DNA of 64,000 nt from Rhina ancylostomus (taxonomy: Eukaryota), in the NCBI GenBank assembly GCA_030265395.1, contig JARFYF010000055.1:18350862-18414861 (forward strand), written 5' to 3'. Below, piece after piece: positions 13,010-28,626 of this stretch (its first letter is position 1; each line of letters opens with the position of its first letter). The translations under genes and the position numbers were made by a program. Below the pieces are notes generated by a model that saw nothing but the letters and a program-made list of their open reading frames with translations, did not search any database and was not told the DNA's origin.

Positions 13010-13615
13010 AGGTTATGAAGGTTTCAGAGAATTACAGAAGAAATTTACAAGGATGGTTACAGGACGAAGAATTACATTCACATGGATAGATTGGAAATAT
13101 TGTGATTGTTCTCATTAGAGCAGAGAAAGCTTAGAGAAGATTCGAATGAAGTGTTTAAAAACATTATGGGTCTTGATAGAGTAATTGAAAGAAATGGTTC
13201 CCAGTGACTGAAGAATCCAAAGGGAATGGATTTAAGGTAGAGACACAAAAGACTGCAGATGCTGGAATCTGGAGCAACACACAATCTGTTGGAGGAACTC
13301 AAGCATGTCAGGCAGCATCTGTGGGGGGAATGGAATTGTCAATATTTTGGGTCAAAATCCTGCAACAGGCCGAAGAGCTTAAGGATTTAAAGTGAATGGG
13401 TAAAGTGTAAGAGGTGGCATGGAGAAAAAAATTTTAACCAAGTGATCAGGATTTAGAACACAGTGCTGAAGAGGATTATAGATATGGATTCAACTATAGT
13501 CTTCAAAAAGAGGTTACAGGGATACAGGGGAAAAGTAAGGAAGTGAAGCTAATTGGAAGAGCTGGCATGATCTCAATGGGCCAAATACCTTCCATCTGAG
13601 TTGTACAATGTCATA
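13010..13615 (+). mobile_element. CR1-like LINE 3' end with an internal short-repeat insertion
   Basis: Decayed LFSLEQRKLR.D.NEVFK motif at about 13106-13160 and a CR1-type 3' tail ('atgggccaaatacct'). Confidence 0.7.
13240..13378 (-). mobile_element. Penelope-terminus-type short repeat inserted in CR1
   Basis: 'agacacaaaagactgcagatgctggaatctggagcaacacacaatctgttggaggaactca...caggcagcatctgtgg' is the reverse complement of the 2190 repeat. Confidence 0.7.
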
Positions 13616-14564
13616 ATTCAATAACATATCACAAGTCCTGTCACTGAGCACACATCATTCAGAAGCCAGATGATAAAAAAGATTTTTGCACTTTACTATA
13701 GAAGCAAAATAATTTTAAATGATGAGGGGAAAGTAAATCATTTATGACTGAGTTTTCAAAGGTCTGAAACTTGCAAGCTATTACTGTTGTTTTCAAATTA
13801 GTATCAGAGCCTGAATATCCATTAAACCTACAACCCTAATCACCCACCCCCACCTCTCTGCACTGAGACAATGAGTGAGGTACCAAATCTCAGCAGTGTG
13901 ACACTCACCAGTTTCTCACGATCTTCAAAGCACATACCTTTTAATCAGCCCCTTTAAGAACACCATAGAGCTGACAATTGACAGTTTCATTGGGATGAAA
14001 GAGCCAAGGTATGATGATATCATTCAGACTTCAAAATAATCTTATCACTGAGATGCTCAACATTCCCACTGTGAAATACATGTGCAGTGAGGCAGGATGA
14101 GAAGAGATCGAGGAAATTACAAGTTTCAATTTTATTTGAAAATTTCCTCAGGTTGGATCAGGTGTGCACCTCCCGGTTCCACGTTGATTCACGGGTCTTT
14201 TGGACTTCACATTTCATTTCCTTTACCTGCCTTTGATTCATGTACCCAGTTCATTTTGTTGGGTCTCCAAGTGTCTTCTATTGACATGTGATTTAATGCT
14301 CCTGCCACCTGTTGTTCCAGCCAGAATTGACCTAGAAATGGCAAAAAGGCCATTGGGTTAAAATGGTTCTGGCCTCCCATCAGGACGCTAGGATGACCCA
14401 GCTGCTTGCCAGGTGTCTCCCATGCCAAACTCTTGCCATGAATTAAAATTAGAGCTAAAAACTTTTTAACCGATTACTTTTGCGTCAATGGAGCAATTCT
14501 GTACAGCAAGTAATTGCAGAGGTGCCTTGAGTAGACAGGATGAATGTACAAACATATATGTATA

Positions 14565-15305
14565 TTAGGAGCAGGAATAGGCCACTCAACCCCTCAAGCC
14601 TGCTCTGTCATTCAAGTAAGGTTGTGGCTCATCTTATTGTAATGTCAAATACACGTTTCTATTGACCCATGGTAACCCTTCACCACACTACATATCAAGT
14701 ACCTGTCTCTCTCTGCCTTAAAGATCTTCAAGGACACTGCTTCCATCGCCCTTGGAGGAAGAGAGATCCAAAAATTAATGACCCTCTGAGAGAAAACTGT
14801 TCTGAAATGATGATGTTTTGTTTTGAAATAGTGACCCTCCAGTTCCAGGTTCTCCCACAAGAGGAAACATTCTGTCACGACCTCCCAGGATCTTTTATGT
14901 TTTTATCGAGTCCCTTCTCATTTTCTAAAACTCCAGTGGACAAAACCCTCACCTGTCTAACATTTCCTCAAAAGACAACCTGTCCATTCCAGGTATTAGC
15001 CTAAGAAATTGTTAAATTGTTTTTTTATTGTTACTGAGGTACAGTGAAAAACTTTGTTTTGCCTGCCATCCATACAGATCATTTCATCACATCAGTGCAT
15101 GAGTAAACTTCGAATTGGTTCCAACACATTAACATCCTTCTGTAAATAAGGAGACTAATACTGTACACAGTACTGTAGATGTAGTCTCACCAATGGCTAG
15201 AGTAGCTGAAGTCTAACCGTCCTACTTTTTATTATCTTTAGCAATAAAGAATTACACTGTCAGCATTCCTAACAAATTGCATCACCTGCATACTAACCTT
15301 CTTAT
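14565..15305 (-). mobile_element. CR1-like LINE 3' end with a Rex1-like tail fragment inserted at about 15020-15100
   Basis: Minus ORF 14645-14878 has FSQRVINFWISLPPRAMEAVSLKIFKAERDRYL, the CR1 ORF2 C-terminus; tail 'taggagcaggaataggccactcaacccctcaagcctgct'. Confidence 0.8.
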
Positions 15306-15506
15306 GAATCAAGCAGAAACCAAAACACCTGTGTGTAAGAGAAATGGAAAGGGATGTGATGGACATAGAAGTGGGATCTGAAGGAGGATGGAAGGAGGTC
15401 AGGAGGCAAAGGGGTCACTGAAGGGGAGGAGATCCAGCAATGGAGGGGATCAAGAATGAGAGGGATCAAGGGGAGGTTGTTTAACTGAGGATCTGGCAGT
15501 GGACAT

Positions 15507-15521
15507 GTGTGTGTGTGTGAG

Positions 15522-15558
<37 letters not shown>
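15507..15558. repeat. Compound (TG)n(GA)n microsatellite
   Basis: Seen directly. Confidence 0.95.
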
Positions 15559-15561
<3 letters not shown>

Positions 15562-15734
15562 TTTACCAACAGGGGCCGACACCTGTTTGTGTGTGTATTA
15601 ATGTGCATTGTGCAGAACCTGGTGTTCAGTCATCATAGACCCCCTTGCTACTGAACCAGAACCTCACCCTGACAAATCTATGTTATAGCTGATACGCAAT
15701 GCCTATCCTACATTAATCATGCACTGGCAACTTC

Positions 15735-15810
15735 CACTCAATTTGAAGTTTAGAATCTGGAACATCAGAATCTTCAAGCACATTCCCAACAGTGACAGAC
15801 TCCAAACTAC
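15735..15810 (+). mobile_element. Possible RTE-type LINE endonuclease N-terminal relic
   Basis: LKFRIWNIRIFKHIPNSDRL resembles the 'GTWNVRTL...SDRPER' start of RTE APE domains; short and decayed. Confidence 0.3.
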
Positions 15811-18800
15811 CTCCCAACCTATCTGGTCAAGAACCTACTGCCCCACCCACAGCAGCACATTGGCATCATCAGCCACCCTAGGAAGCCAAGCATCTTTGAT
15901 CCCGAGATACTACCTAAAAAGAGGATACGTGTGCGTTGAATGTGCTTCTTCAAACATGACCTAATATAACTTCCTCTGCATATTCCTGCTCATACTCCAT
16001 CAGTCCTTTGTCACTGTTTTTTGCTTACAATAGTTTAGCTTAGTACCTAAATCAATATTAGTTTGCTTAGGATGACTGGTACACTAACCACTTCCTAATG
16101 CAAAATAATCAGTTGACATTTCCACCATTTCTTTGTTTTCACTTATATTACTGACAATCCCTTTTCTCCTAAATAACTTTCCATTGCATTGGTTTTGATA
16201 TCCTTTGAAACTTCTTTGCATAATTCCTTTTCAAAAACTGGGCTAATCAAAAATAGGTATTCCATTTATCTGGCCCAGTTTCCCCACAACACCCCCTTTC
16301 CCTCTTTCCTTCTCTCTGTTGGCATTTATTGATTTATTGCCTATTCCTAATTACCTTTGAGAAGAGTTACCTTCTTGAGATGAGCTGCAGAAATCCTTCC
16401 ATGAAGGGGCTCCAGTGATGCTGTTCCAGGAGTTCCAGGACTTAAACCCATTGACAATACCATAGACTATGGTAAAAACTCTTCCTTGGTCACAGCACTA
16501 AATAAGCAGCGAGGTATCAACTGCACATAGTACACCGTTTCCAAAGTTCAATTCTATTGCAGTTGATGGATCTGAGTTTCAAATGTGGTGTACAATGTGT
16601 ATCTGTTAATATCTGCTAATGTTTGCCGGAAGCAACTAATGAAGAATTTCTACTCCACCTTCGTGCCCCATTGTGTAAAGATCTTTGTCATCAGGAAAGT
16701 GGATATCTAACATTAACTCAAGTAATTCTTGTAGAGGTGAAATGTATTCATTGATATGGACCATTGTGTTGAGCAGAATGATTTGTTACAAGTATCTGTT
16801 ACGCTACCTTTATTTGCATTGTTGTCAAGGGTCATATTGGGAGTAGTGAGAATTTCAGTTAGACATTAAAAGAATAGGGTAAAAGGGAACATCAAGTCTG
16901 CCTTTCTAAATTAATAATTACATAAGTTTAAGAACTAATTAATAATTGTTTTGATGATAATGCAACAGAAAGTACCTTATTGCATGCAATATTATCCTGC
17001 AATTCATAATTCTTTTAATGTTTTAAATTATTCTTTTCAATATTTTGCTAACAGTCATTAATGCAAACAAGTACTTTGCTGTTCAGGAAGGAGTTTTGGG
17101 GTCTTTAATGTTCATAGGTTAACACATTTGCTGGTAGTCTAAATGTATTTCATTCACAAGCACAAAACACTTCCAACTTTAATTTATTTGTTTTTTCCCT
17201 CAAGTATTGCCAAATCCTGCTTAAAACTTGCCAATCAAGCAAATATTATTTAAAGAAATCTGTTAGCAGTGCTTACTTTGATAATTTTCTGTGAACCATA
17301 GAAAGAAAACTACAGTGCAAGGCATTTTTATTGTTCTGGTAAAATACCTCATTAAAGATGCTCATATCACCCACAAATGTTACACCTAAATTGCATACCA
17401 TGGAGCCAGGCTAATAAATTCTTGGTTGCTGTGTAATCAGTTCAGACATGGAACTCTTCCTGATTGCTTTACTGAGGAATGGTCCAGATGTTTATAAGTA
17501 AAACAAACATAAGGCAACAGAATGAGATGTGATACTCACACAAAAGGATCCACACAGGTGGTGTGGTTATCATTGCAGTGTGGAACTGAAGTTAGTTTGG
17601 TCCCATTGTCACGTATGTTGAGGCTGTCTTTTGCAGAGCCAAGGAATGGGTGCTTGTTCAGGTGAAAGGAATATGGCTGAAGAGGGATGGAAATTATGGC
17701 TGGAATGTGACAGTGGGAGATCAGCATGAGATTTCCCCTTGATGTACATTTTAACTTTTTAGCTAGAAGTTCACTTGGTCTCCTGCACCTTAAAATTTTA
17801 CATTATTTATACTTCATTTGGCATGCTTCAGTATTAGGCCAAAGTAAAGTAAACTCCAAGCCAAAGTAACACAGTAGACATCATACTTTAGCTTAGATCA
17901 CACACACGCTGTAATTTGAAACAGGATTTGGTCAATTGGCTCTTACTTTTATGCTCTACAACACTCTGGAAATGTCCCTCTTTCAATATCACAGACACTG
18001 CTGAGAACCACACCACCAGAACGAACATTGGAAAGAAAATACCTGACTGTTTAAGCCACACCATTGGGCCCAGGGCAAAACTCAGTCATGGTTGCTGTTC
18101 TTACGTTTTAGTTCTGATTTTAAAAGAGGAAAGAATTACAAAAATGTATACTCAGATAATGAAAGGATTATTTCCAAAGAAGGACATTAAGATTTAAAAT
18201 CCAAATTAAAGGGAATTTGGGAATCTAAGCTCTGTTTAAAAAAAATATAAGCTAACCCTGCCATTGGCTGACATCGAACTTTCAATGATGGCATTACCAT
18301 TTCTGAATTTGTATAACAGAGGGGAAATTCAAAATTTGCTGCAATATCCTATTAGACAATATGATAAAGAGAAGGTATTTGGTGTGTTTTATATAAATAA
18401 GCTAGACCTTGACCTCATAAATGTTCATTCTAGTGGATCATATTTGAGAATATACCGAGGGAGTGAAGGACCCCTATTGTTCTACTGTGGAATCTGCACT
18501 GTTGAAAACTCTCCTTTAGACTATAATGTAACTTGTTTTTATCAAATGCAGGATATTTTTCTCCCCTGTGAAGCAGATTTATATTTTAATTTCAATTTTT
18601 GATCATATTGTGGACTATGGTATGTGGGGAATGCTATGGTTTCACTGCTGGATGTCCAATACTTAACATGTTCCTTAACACTCTGCCAACTGCACAATAA
18701 TTTGTACAATTGTTCCTTTGCCGTGCTTAAAATCTAATGTTAATTTATTGCAATTATACACTTTATAAATAATTAACAGCACTGAAACAGGCTACTTGGC

Positions 18801-19139
18801 CAGACTTGGCAGTGTCATTGTTTATGCTTCCCACAAATTCTGTCCCACCCTATTTCATCTACTCTAGCTTGTCTTTTGCTTCTGTCTCTCTCCCCTTCCC
18901 TCATTTATCAAGCTGGCCTTTAACTGCATCCATGTTAATTGTCTCATGTAGTAGAAAGTTCCACATTCTGATCACACTCTGGGTAAAGAATATTCTAATT
19001 AATTTTTATTACACTTATAAATGACCAACTTAGATCTATGGCCTTGGTTTAAGAATTTCCCATATGTGGAAACATTTTCTCCATTTAAACCTCTTTGTAA
19101 TTTTACAAACCTTAGTAAGACAGCCCTTTGGCTTCTTTT

Positions 19140-19395
19140 TGCCTGTGACCCGGTGGGCTTCCTCTGGTGTTTTAGTTTCCTCGTACATCCTCTGAACATG
19201 GGTTGGTAGGTTAATTGGCCACTGTTAAATGCCTCTATTGTGCAGATGAGTGGTAGAATCTGGGGGCATTGATGGGAATGTAACGAGGATAAAATGGGGT
19301 AGACATAGGATTAGGATAATGGGTGCTTGATGGCCAGCACAAATTTGATGGGCTGAAAGGCCTGTTTTCATGATGTATGACTCAATGACACTATT
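19140..19395 (+). mobile_element. tRNA-derived SINE, 5'-truncated
   Basis: 'cctgtgacccggtgggcttcctctggtg...ggttggtaggttaattggccactg...gatgggctgaaaggcctgttttc' matches the 50484-50830 copy. Confidence 0.8.
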
Positions 19396-20199
19396 CAATT
19401 GATTCTAACCTCTCAGCTTTGGAATAGTCCTTGTAGGGCTTTTTTGTAGCTTTTCCAATGTCTCCAGAACCTATTAGGAGGCCAAAACTTTACGCAACAT
19501 TCTGTGCCGTCTAACCAAAATTTTATGCAAGTTTGCATATAAATTCCCTGCTTTCCAATTCTACAATGCTTTGTATTACTTACAACTGTATTAACTTGTT
19601 TTTTGACTTGTAATAATTTGTGGATGTGTATTCCTCCTTTTGCCCTTTATCCCCTTTAGACTCTTATTTTTCGTATTCCTACCTCCAAAATGTATCACTG
19701 TGCACTTGTCTCTAAGACATGTCAATTCTACAAGAATATTTCTCAGTTTTCCTCAGGTTTAACCCTAGTATGGTGTGGTTTGAACATTTTGAAATAGCCC
19801 AAGTTAAAATTGTTTACAAAATTTTAGACACAGTGGTTCCCACACCAATCCTTTCATTCACCATTTGCAGCTTTTCTCCCGTCTGAATCAACATGCTTAA
19901 ACCCTGCTCTCTATTTGGCTACTTGACTCCTGATCCATATACCCTGACCTCAGCCTCTAGTACATGATAGCATATCAAATGCAAATTTCAGTTTCAGTCA
20001 TTTTTCTTTATCCCCTGATACCTGCAGGATTATCTCAGTTGGTGCTCATATGAAGCTTCTGCAGTTATTACTTTTAACCAGGGCTGTCAGCAGTGTGATG
20101 ATTTGAACATTTCCAATTGCTGCTCTTTGGAGATTGAAAGCTCCCTTTGGATGTAGCGAATAGATCAAAACTGAAAGCATGGAACTGAGGTTCTACTCT

Positions 20200-21010
20200 G
20201 AAGTGCAAATTGATTGTTGAATGCTGTTTCTCTGACATCCAGCATTGGATGAACAGAAAGTTCCTCCAATTAAATATTGGGAGGTCAGAAGTCATTATCT
20301 CTGGCCCACTACAGATTCAGTTCCCTAACCACCAATGCAATATTTGCCACAACTATTGTCTGAAGCTGAATCATATAGTTCACAATTTTGGTGCCCAGAT
20401 GATCAAATGGTAACCTCACATCCTCTTCGTTACCAAGACCACACTCCTTTACACTTCCATATCTTTGTCTATTTCTGCCTCTGCTTTTGAAATACTTTTT
20501 CCGTGCCTATATTGACTCATCCATAGCCCTTCTGTGCATGTCCTACATCTCATTCAACCATCACCTCTATGATTACTGACCTGTACCAGCTCCTGATCTA
20601 ATAATGCATAAATTTTTAAATTCTTATTTTTGTTTTCAAAACTCTCTGAGCTAATCCCTCCATATCATCCCTTGGTATTCTGATATTGCTACATCTACCC
20701 AGTCACGGAATCACTTTTTCATATTTCAAGTCTCTTTATGACATAGGAAAAGGCCACTTGGCCCATCCACTCTATGTCAATGGCTCAGCTGCCCTAATCT
20801 CTTTTCACTATTATTAGCAGCCATACCTTCAACTGTTGCAACTCTTCCTGGAGGAATCTCCCTACATCTCCTTGCATCTCTCTGCCTTAGAACTTAGCTC
20901 TAACAAAGCTTTTAGTTACTTGCTCGAATATTTCCTTCCGTGACTCAGGCAATCCATTTGTTGATAAAGTTCCGGTGAAACACCTTTTCCCAGGGTAACT
21001 GCAAATGTTG
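20200..21010 (+). mobile_element. L2-type LINE 3' fragment
   Basis: ORF 20210-20413 reads CFSDIQHWMNRKFLQLNIGRSEVII, a typical L2 RT C-terminal motif. Confidence 0.75.
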
Positions 21011-21727
21011 TTGGAGTATCAGCCAGCAACATTACAGGAATGCATATGCTTGGATCCATTAAACAACTTGCTGCTCATGAAACATATCATTTATACAAAA
21101 TTAGTTTGTCCTCGTTTCACTTTTCTCAAACATTCTATATTCCAGTACAATAGCTTTTCTTGAACGGCATGTGGGATATGTAAACATTACGGAAAATGAC
21201 AAGCATAGAACTCTACGTGAGCGTTTCAATAACACAGCATAACTCATTCCTGTTTTATGTAGTAAACGGACTACTTTGGACTTTCAATGAGCCTACTTTG
21301 TTTCAGGTACTAAAAACGGAACATATTCCTTAAACGTTATCACTGCTGTTTAATCTGTATAATTTGTTCTATCTGGTTAATTGCTCTGGGGAGAGTTGAT
21401 AGACTTCAGTTGCAAGCTTTCCACTTTTTCTTTCTGTACAAAGTAAAACAAAAAATGAATCCAATTCGCGCGTTCTGCCAATGCTCGACGATAGTCCATG
21501 TATGGAGAATGAGTGTACCCTGAATCTTCTCATGCTCCCAAACTCCCTCCAAGGTACTGTCTAGCTCTTCCCTGGTCTCTGCTGCGAGTGAGGAGTTTTA
21601 AGTGGGAAAACAATCCCATATCCCACCATCCATTCCCACATTAAATTCAATTTTGAAACGCTTGCCTTTTTGCTGTCCCTGTGGGAGATTGCGTGGGCGA
21701 TCTTTTATCTCTGTAGAGACCCGCGCC

Positions 21728-21800
21728 GCATGGAAGCAGGCTCTTCGGCCCACTATGTCCATGCAGACCATCGAGTNNNNNNNNACACTAATCCCATGTA
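21728..21800 (-). mobile_element. SINE/CR1 3' tail fragment
   Basis: 'gcatggaagcaggctcttcggcccactatgtccatgcagaccatc' is the shared tail motif of the other copies. Confidence 0.65.
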
Positions 21801-24800
21801 CCTGTTTTGGGTTCCACTGAACTTTGCATGGCAACTCTTCGATCTAAATGATACATCCGATGTGCTGCATTTAAGACGTGCTGTGGAGGGAACTGGCCAA
21901 GTTATTCTGTACAGTTACGTGTTATTTGACCATTAATCAATGCCCACGAATGAAGCTTATAAATGAAAAGTGTGATGCGTGAATGATTTTTCTTTATTGG
22001 CACTGCAAGGATGGAGATTGTTTCGATGTTTCTACACTTCTGGTGAAATCTGCATCATGTCGCTTACATAAGGTATGACACTTAGAGTATCGATTTATAT
22101 TTCACACATAGAAGTTAAAATACAACTGAAGTACAAGGCGTATGTGAACCTCACCTACACGTATATATCTTGACTGCATTAACTCGAGACAGTAGGTGCT
22201 AAAACGGCCGTTTAAAAGTGCTTTACCCTAAATATCGATGGTTGACTGACAAATGCACTAATTTCACCCTCTGAGCAGTCAGAGGTGCGTAGATTTCTAG
22301 ACTCTACTCTTGGTCCTCCGCATATTTGCAGGGTACCCATCTACACAACGAAGGCGCCAACTAGCGCCAACACCTTGTTATTGAAGGCAAACCATACAAC
22401 ACCGAAGGACCCTTGTCCCATTTAGGAAATGCACTCTTGCACGCGGCCACGTCCTTCTCATGCAGGCTGTTATTTTGTTGAAAGTATCTTCTCATGGAAT
22501 ATTTCAAGTGCAAATTTATTATATGTGTAATTGCGGCTGCACTGGGATCTCCTTCTGGGACTAACAATATATTGTTTGTTGTAATTTGCAACATTTTCAA
22601 GAAGGTGTTATCTAATTAAAACAGTAAAATATACTAAATTTAAACGGTGTAAAATCCAAAAGAGTGTTGTTGCAGGAGGTACATTAATTGTTGATGTGAC
22701 CTATCTTGAACCGGCTCCGGTAAAATGGATCGATACTGGGATGGAACTGTGATGTAAATTGCAGATCCGTCCAAAACACGACACTGGAGAACAGAGGAGA
22801 GATTTCAGATTTACCTGTTGAAAAATTCAGATTTACCTGTTGACTGTGGCGAATTAATTCAGAATCTCATGGTTTTGTAAAGACTTAATTGTCCACCCTA
22901 AAGCACATATTTGTGTAATAGTAACGAAAGTATGTTATTCCTGATAGTAGGATTATGTTTGAATTGTTTAGAAAGTTGTTGGAAAGAGAGCTGATGAAAG
23001 GTGTCAATGCTTTGGAAATCGAAAGGGTTGAACATTCGATCAATCCAGTGATTTTTTAATATTGTTTTTAATTTGAAATCCAAAGGATTTTTTATTGGAA
23101 ATCCAAACCGCATTCTTAGACAGGAAAATATTCACAAATAAACTACATTGTCCGATACATTGCGGAATGATCATAAATCCACATCTAGTTCAACCACTTC
23201 AAAATCGAAAGAAGGAGGCGGGAAGATCGGATTTTCAGGGATCTTTAGTGGAAGTTGCCGGAAACTGATTTGAGGTGTTAGATTCACAACACTGAAATAA
23301 TGACCTCTATCGGTGTGTGTGACTTCTCACAGGGAAGTTAGCTTTCGTTAAATACACTTTGCATCACTTATACTGAAAAATCACGAGGCGTGTTGTGGCT
23401 GAATAGTGGTCCCAGAAAAACCCAACACAATAAACCAAACACTGAAACAGTAAGTCATGAAGGAACTCGTGTCCCACCGCCTCAACCTAGTTTACCTTAT
23501 CAATAAAACGCCCTCTTAGATATTTCGTTGGCCGTCTTGCACTAGAATTCTCCAAAAAGAAGTAGATTTTTAAAAACTAACATCGAGGGAGTTCTTTATA
23601 CAGGGGTTTTGATGAAATATGGATTCTTATGTTACCCTCTGAAAACCAGTGTGAACAGTCCTGGCAGAGAGTGAGAACCTCGCCTTTTGACAGGGGTAAA
23701 AAAGCCAGGAGCGGATTTGTTAGCGTGCAAAACATCACGGCGTGGGGGGTACCGGGGCACACGGGGGGGAGATGCGATTTTTCAAAATTGGAGTGAATTG
23801 TGGCTTAGGTTCCGCAAGTTGTCATTTTCAGAAAAGCGCCATTAAAACAAAACTCGCGGGAACCTGAGCGCGTCTAACAGTAACTTGCAGATGAAAACAT
23901 TCTCAGAGCTGGAGCAGAGCGCGCTCTGTATGAAGGATAACAACAGTGACCAGTTGCTTCTGAATTCAGCGCTACTCTGCAGGTATCACTGCAGTGGCCA
24001 ATGCAGCAGAGAAAGAGAGAGAACAGGCACTGACAACACGCGGCTTATGGCAAATTCTTGTGGGTATTTTATGGTGAAGGTTATTGACAGGTCTTACACC
24101 GCACTTAACAAACAATCTGTCACCGTTCTATATCCCTGTCTGTCATTTCAAAAAAGGAGCTGTATATTTTGCAAACCCAGTATCGGTTAATAGGGTCAGG
24201 ATGGACTGGGCGGAATTTACAGAAAGAAATCACGGTGGATATTCACCGCAAAACAAAACATTTAAGGGAGTTAATTGAACAGAATAAAACGTGTAGTATT
24301 TAAGGACTGAGTCTGATCTGAAAAAAACCAGCTTCACTATCACACCCTTTGTGAAACTCCCCTCCCGTCTGACCATTGAAAATAGGGAGGGGGCAGTCTG
24401 TTTTTTTTTATGATGATCAGCTTCAATAATTATGTAGTTACTATCTTTTTCTTAGAATTTCCATGGGGAGATTTCTGCCACTCTGATGGAATATCTCAAC
24501 AGCCGGACTTTCTAAATATTTGTACAATTGGGGGTGGGGCTGCGGGGGCGAGAGTTGAGTAAAAGCAAACCGTTTTCCTTATTAAATTCATGATTACAAT
24601 TTTGCAGGTTTGTTCTTATGAGCATCCAATTTGGATAATAGCAAGGATATATATTCTTTATGGGCGCTGATTTGGTGATTTGGAACGAGTAATGCGTTAT
24701 AATTTTTGTAAGGAGAATCCCATACATAGAAACTGATTCTGCGGGTGACCAAATCAAAATAATCCTTTTGTTTGAAGGAGAGGGAAATCTAATTGCTGCC

Positions 24801-25699
24801 TTTCCACTAGAGCAAGATAAGAATTTCTATCATACGTGGTTCCAAACTACATTAAAATGAATGAATAATGTTTAATTAGTAAACAAGCGAACAGTACAAT
24901 AAGTGAGGAGTTTGTTTGATGCAGAAAAAAATCACAAAAGAGTCGAATGTCATAGTACATGTTATTCAAGGCGCCATGAATCGTGGTGAATGCTTGCTTC
25001 CTGATCGGACGACAAATAAAACTCTTCTTGCCTCATTCCTGGAAGGATGCTAACAATTATCTACTCTTCCCTTCCCCCATTACGTATAAAATCCATATAG
25101 TTTTTTTTATTTGTTGTCGCCTGGTTGAAATGACGACACTTTAATGATCCCCTTCACTAATGGCGAGGGCGGCTGTGCCATTATTAAAGTTACACCCATA
25201 ATCATTCCAATTATACTAAAAAATACAATAGCCTGCATACAAAATGTATCTAAGAGCGTACATATTCATATTTATAATATTTATACTTGGTTTATTTACA
25301 GCTAAGTGGCACGACGAACCATTGCCGTAAACATATATCTAAAGGAGGGATAATCATAATCAAAGGAGTTCTGATACTTACAAGATTTATATATTGTATG
25401 AAAGTGCGTGCATGCTTTCAGTTTATTCAATTGTCCATGTTCACCGAGATGCACACAAAGATAATTTTACCCACATATTGTATGGCATCACCTCCTAGCC
25501 TGATCTCTCCCTTTATTTATTGTTCCCCAGGTTGTAGTAGTCTTATTGATAATAGTTTTACGTCATAAAAATTTAAAATCCAAAAGTAAAGAGCTTGTCA
25601 AGGTTTACCCTAGGAATGTACTTTGTGTGTTTTTATTAAGCTATGTCAGCTATGTAAACATATTAATAAAATGCAAAAATGCCCAAGATTCTGAATGAG

Positions 25700-26938
<1,239 letters not shown>

Positions 26939-28350
26939 TAGGTCGGTGCAAGTGTGTGTAGGAATACAATAATGACAAGCCCGTAATCTACAGAGGTCAC
27001 TTAAAACTTTGCAATGGCGCTTTAAACATAATCAAATAAGGAAAAAAATACTTTGCATGTTCAACCGTCCATTCTTATAAAGCTTCAACTAAACTGCATT
27101 CCTGAGGCGAAAATGCATTTTTTAAATGTTGCACAGTTTTGTAATAAATAGTTACTGGTGTAATAGAAATATTAATAATTTGGCAGTGCAAGATTATATA
27201 ATTGGACTACACCACATATACTTAACACTGGAATATAACGTGCCTATTGTCTGTCTAGGTTGAACATAAATTATACATCGGCACAAAGACACAACAAAAC
27301 CTTGTATTTGTACTACTGTTGAACGTAAAAAAATGCCCCAAGGTATTTAGAGGAGCTTAATCAAACAAAATGTGACCCCCTCACATTCTTCCCCCTAACA
27401 GGGGAAGAAGTGATTGTGTGGGATTCATGTTCATTCTGTTCCAGCAACGCTGGAGAGCCTGTGCTGAATGCGCCCAGTCCCTATAAATTGATCTCCACTG
27501 CAGAGTTCCAACATTTAAGAGACTCGGTGTTGGATTGTTAGACACTTTGAGATTTAAACAACCATTAAAAAATGACTGAAATACTATGCTGTACCACCCC
27601 ACTATTAGTCAACAGCCCTAAAACTCAGCTGGACGTCCCAAAAGCTCTCATGATCAGAAGGTCACTCTGAGCGGTGTTAAATATCACCGCGAGTGCAATA
27701 CTTAAACTACGGCGTGAGAAAAAAAGGTTGAAATTTGTCTGTGGACATTTTATCGTGGGCGCAGTCAGTGCAAAAAAGAAGTCACGTAAATTCGACACAT
27801 TCGAATTTTGCATATCTGCTATCTTGAAGTAACGAAAAAAACAATTACATCTTGCACAGAGCATTCGAGACATTGAACTTAGCCTTTATATTGAGAGCTG
27901 TAAGGTTTAGTTCAAAGGGTTCATGTAGATTTTCAGCAGTATTTCATCCAGGTAATAACCAGTCAGTTAAAAGAGAAAGAGATAAATTAACAATACAACC
28001 GAAAGGCTGTTTAATATCACAGCAATACCTTTTGAAAAACGAATATGGGCCGTTCACCAAGGTCGAAAAATGATAATAATGGCGTTTCCACAATATTCAA
28101 ATTATATTCAAATGCCAAGTAATGCACTAAAACCGTCAAGTGTTCAAGTGGATGGACAATGAACCTGCTCACTTATTTGAATTTGAAATTGTATTCAAAC
28201 ATTTTAAGTCACATAATTGTGTTTCAGCCATACACGAATACATATGTTCATCAATACACCTAGCATACCAATGTGCAATTCGCTGCAAACGCTGTTAGAA
28301 TTAAGTTATCTGCATTAGTTCGTAATAGTGTTAGTTTTATTTCATTGTAA

Positions 28351-28626
<276 letters not shown>

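Noticed and set aside
22803-22842. Short direct duplication 'ttcagatttacctgttga'
   Set aside because: Ordinary slippage duplication, like those at about 2887-2918 and 47890-47940; no spacer structure, not CRISPR-like.
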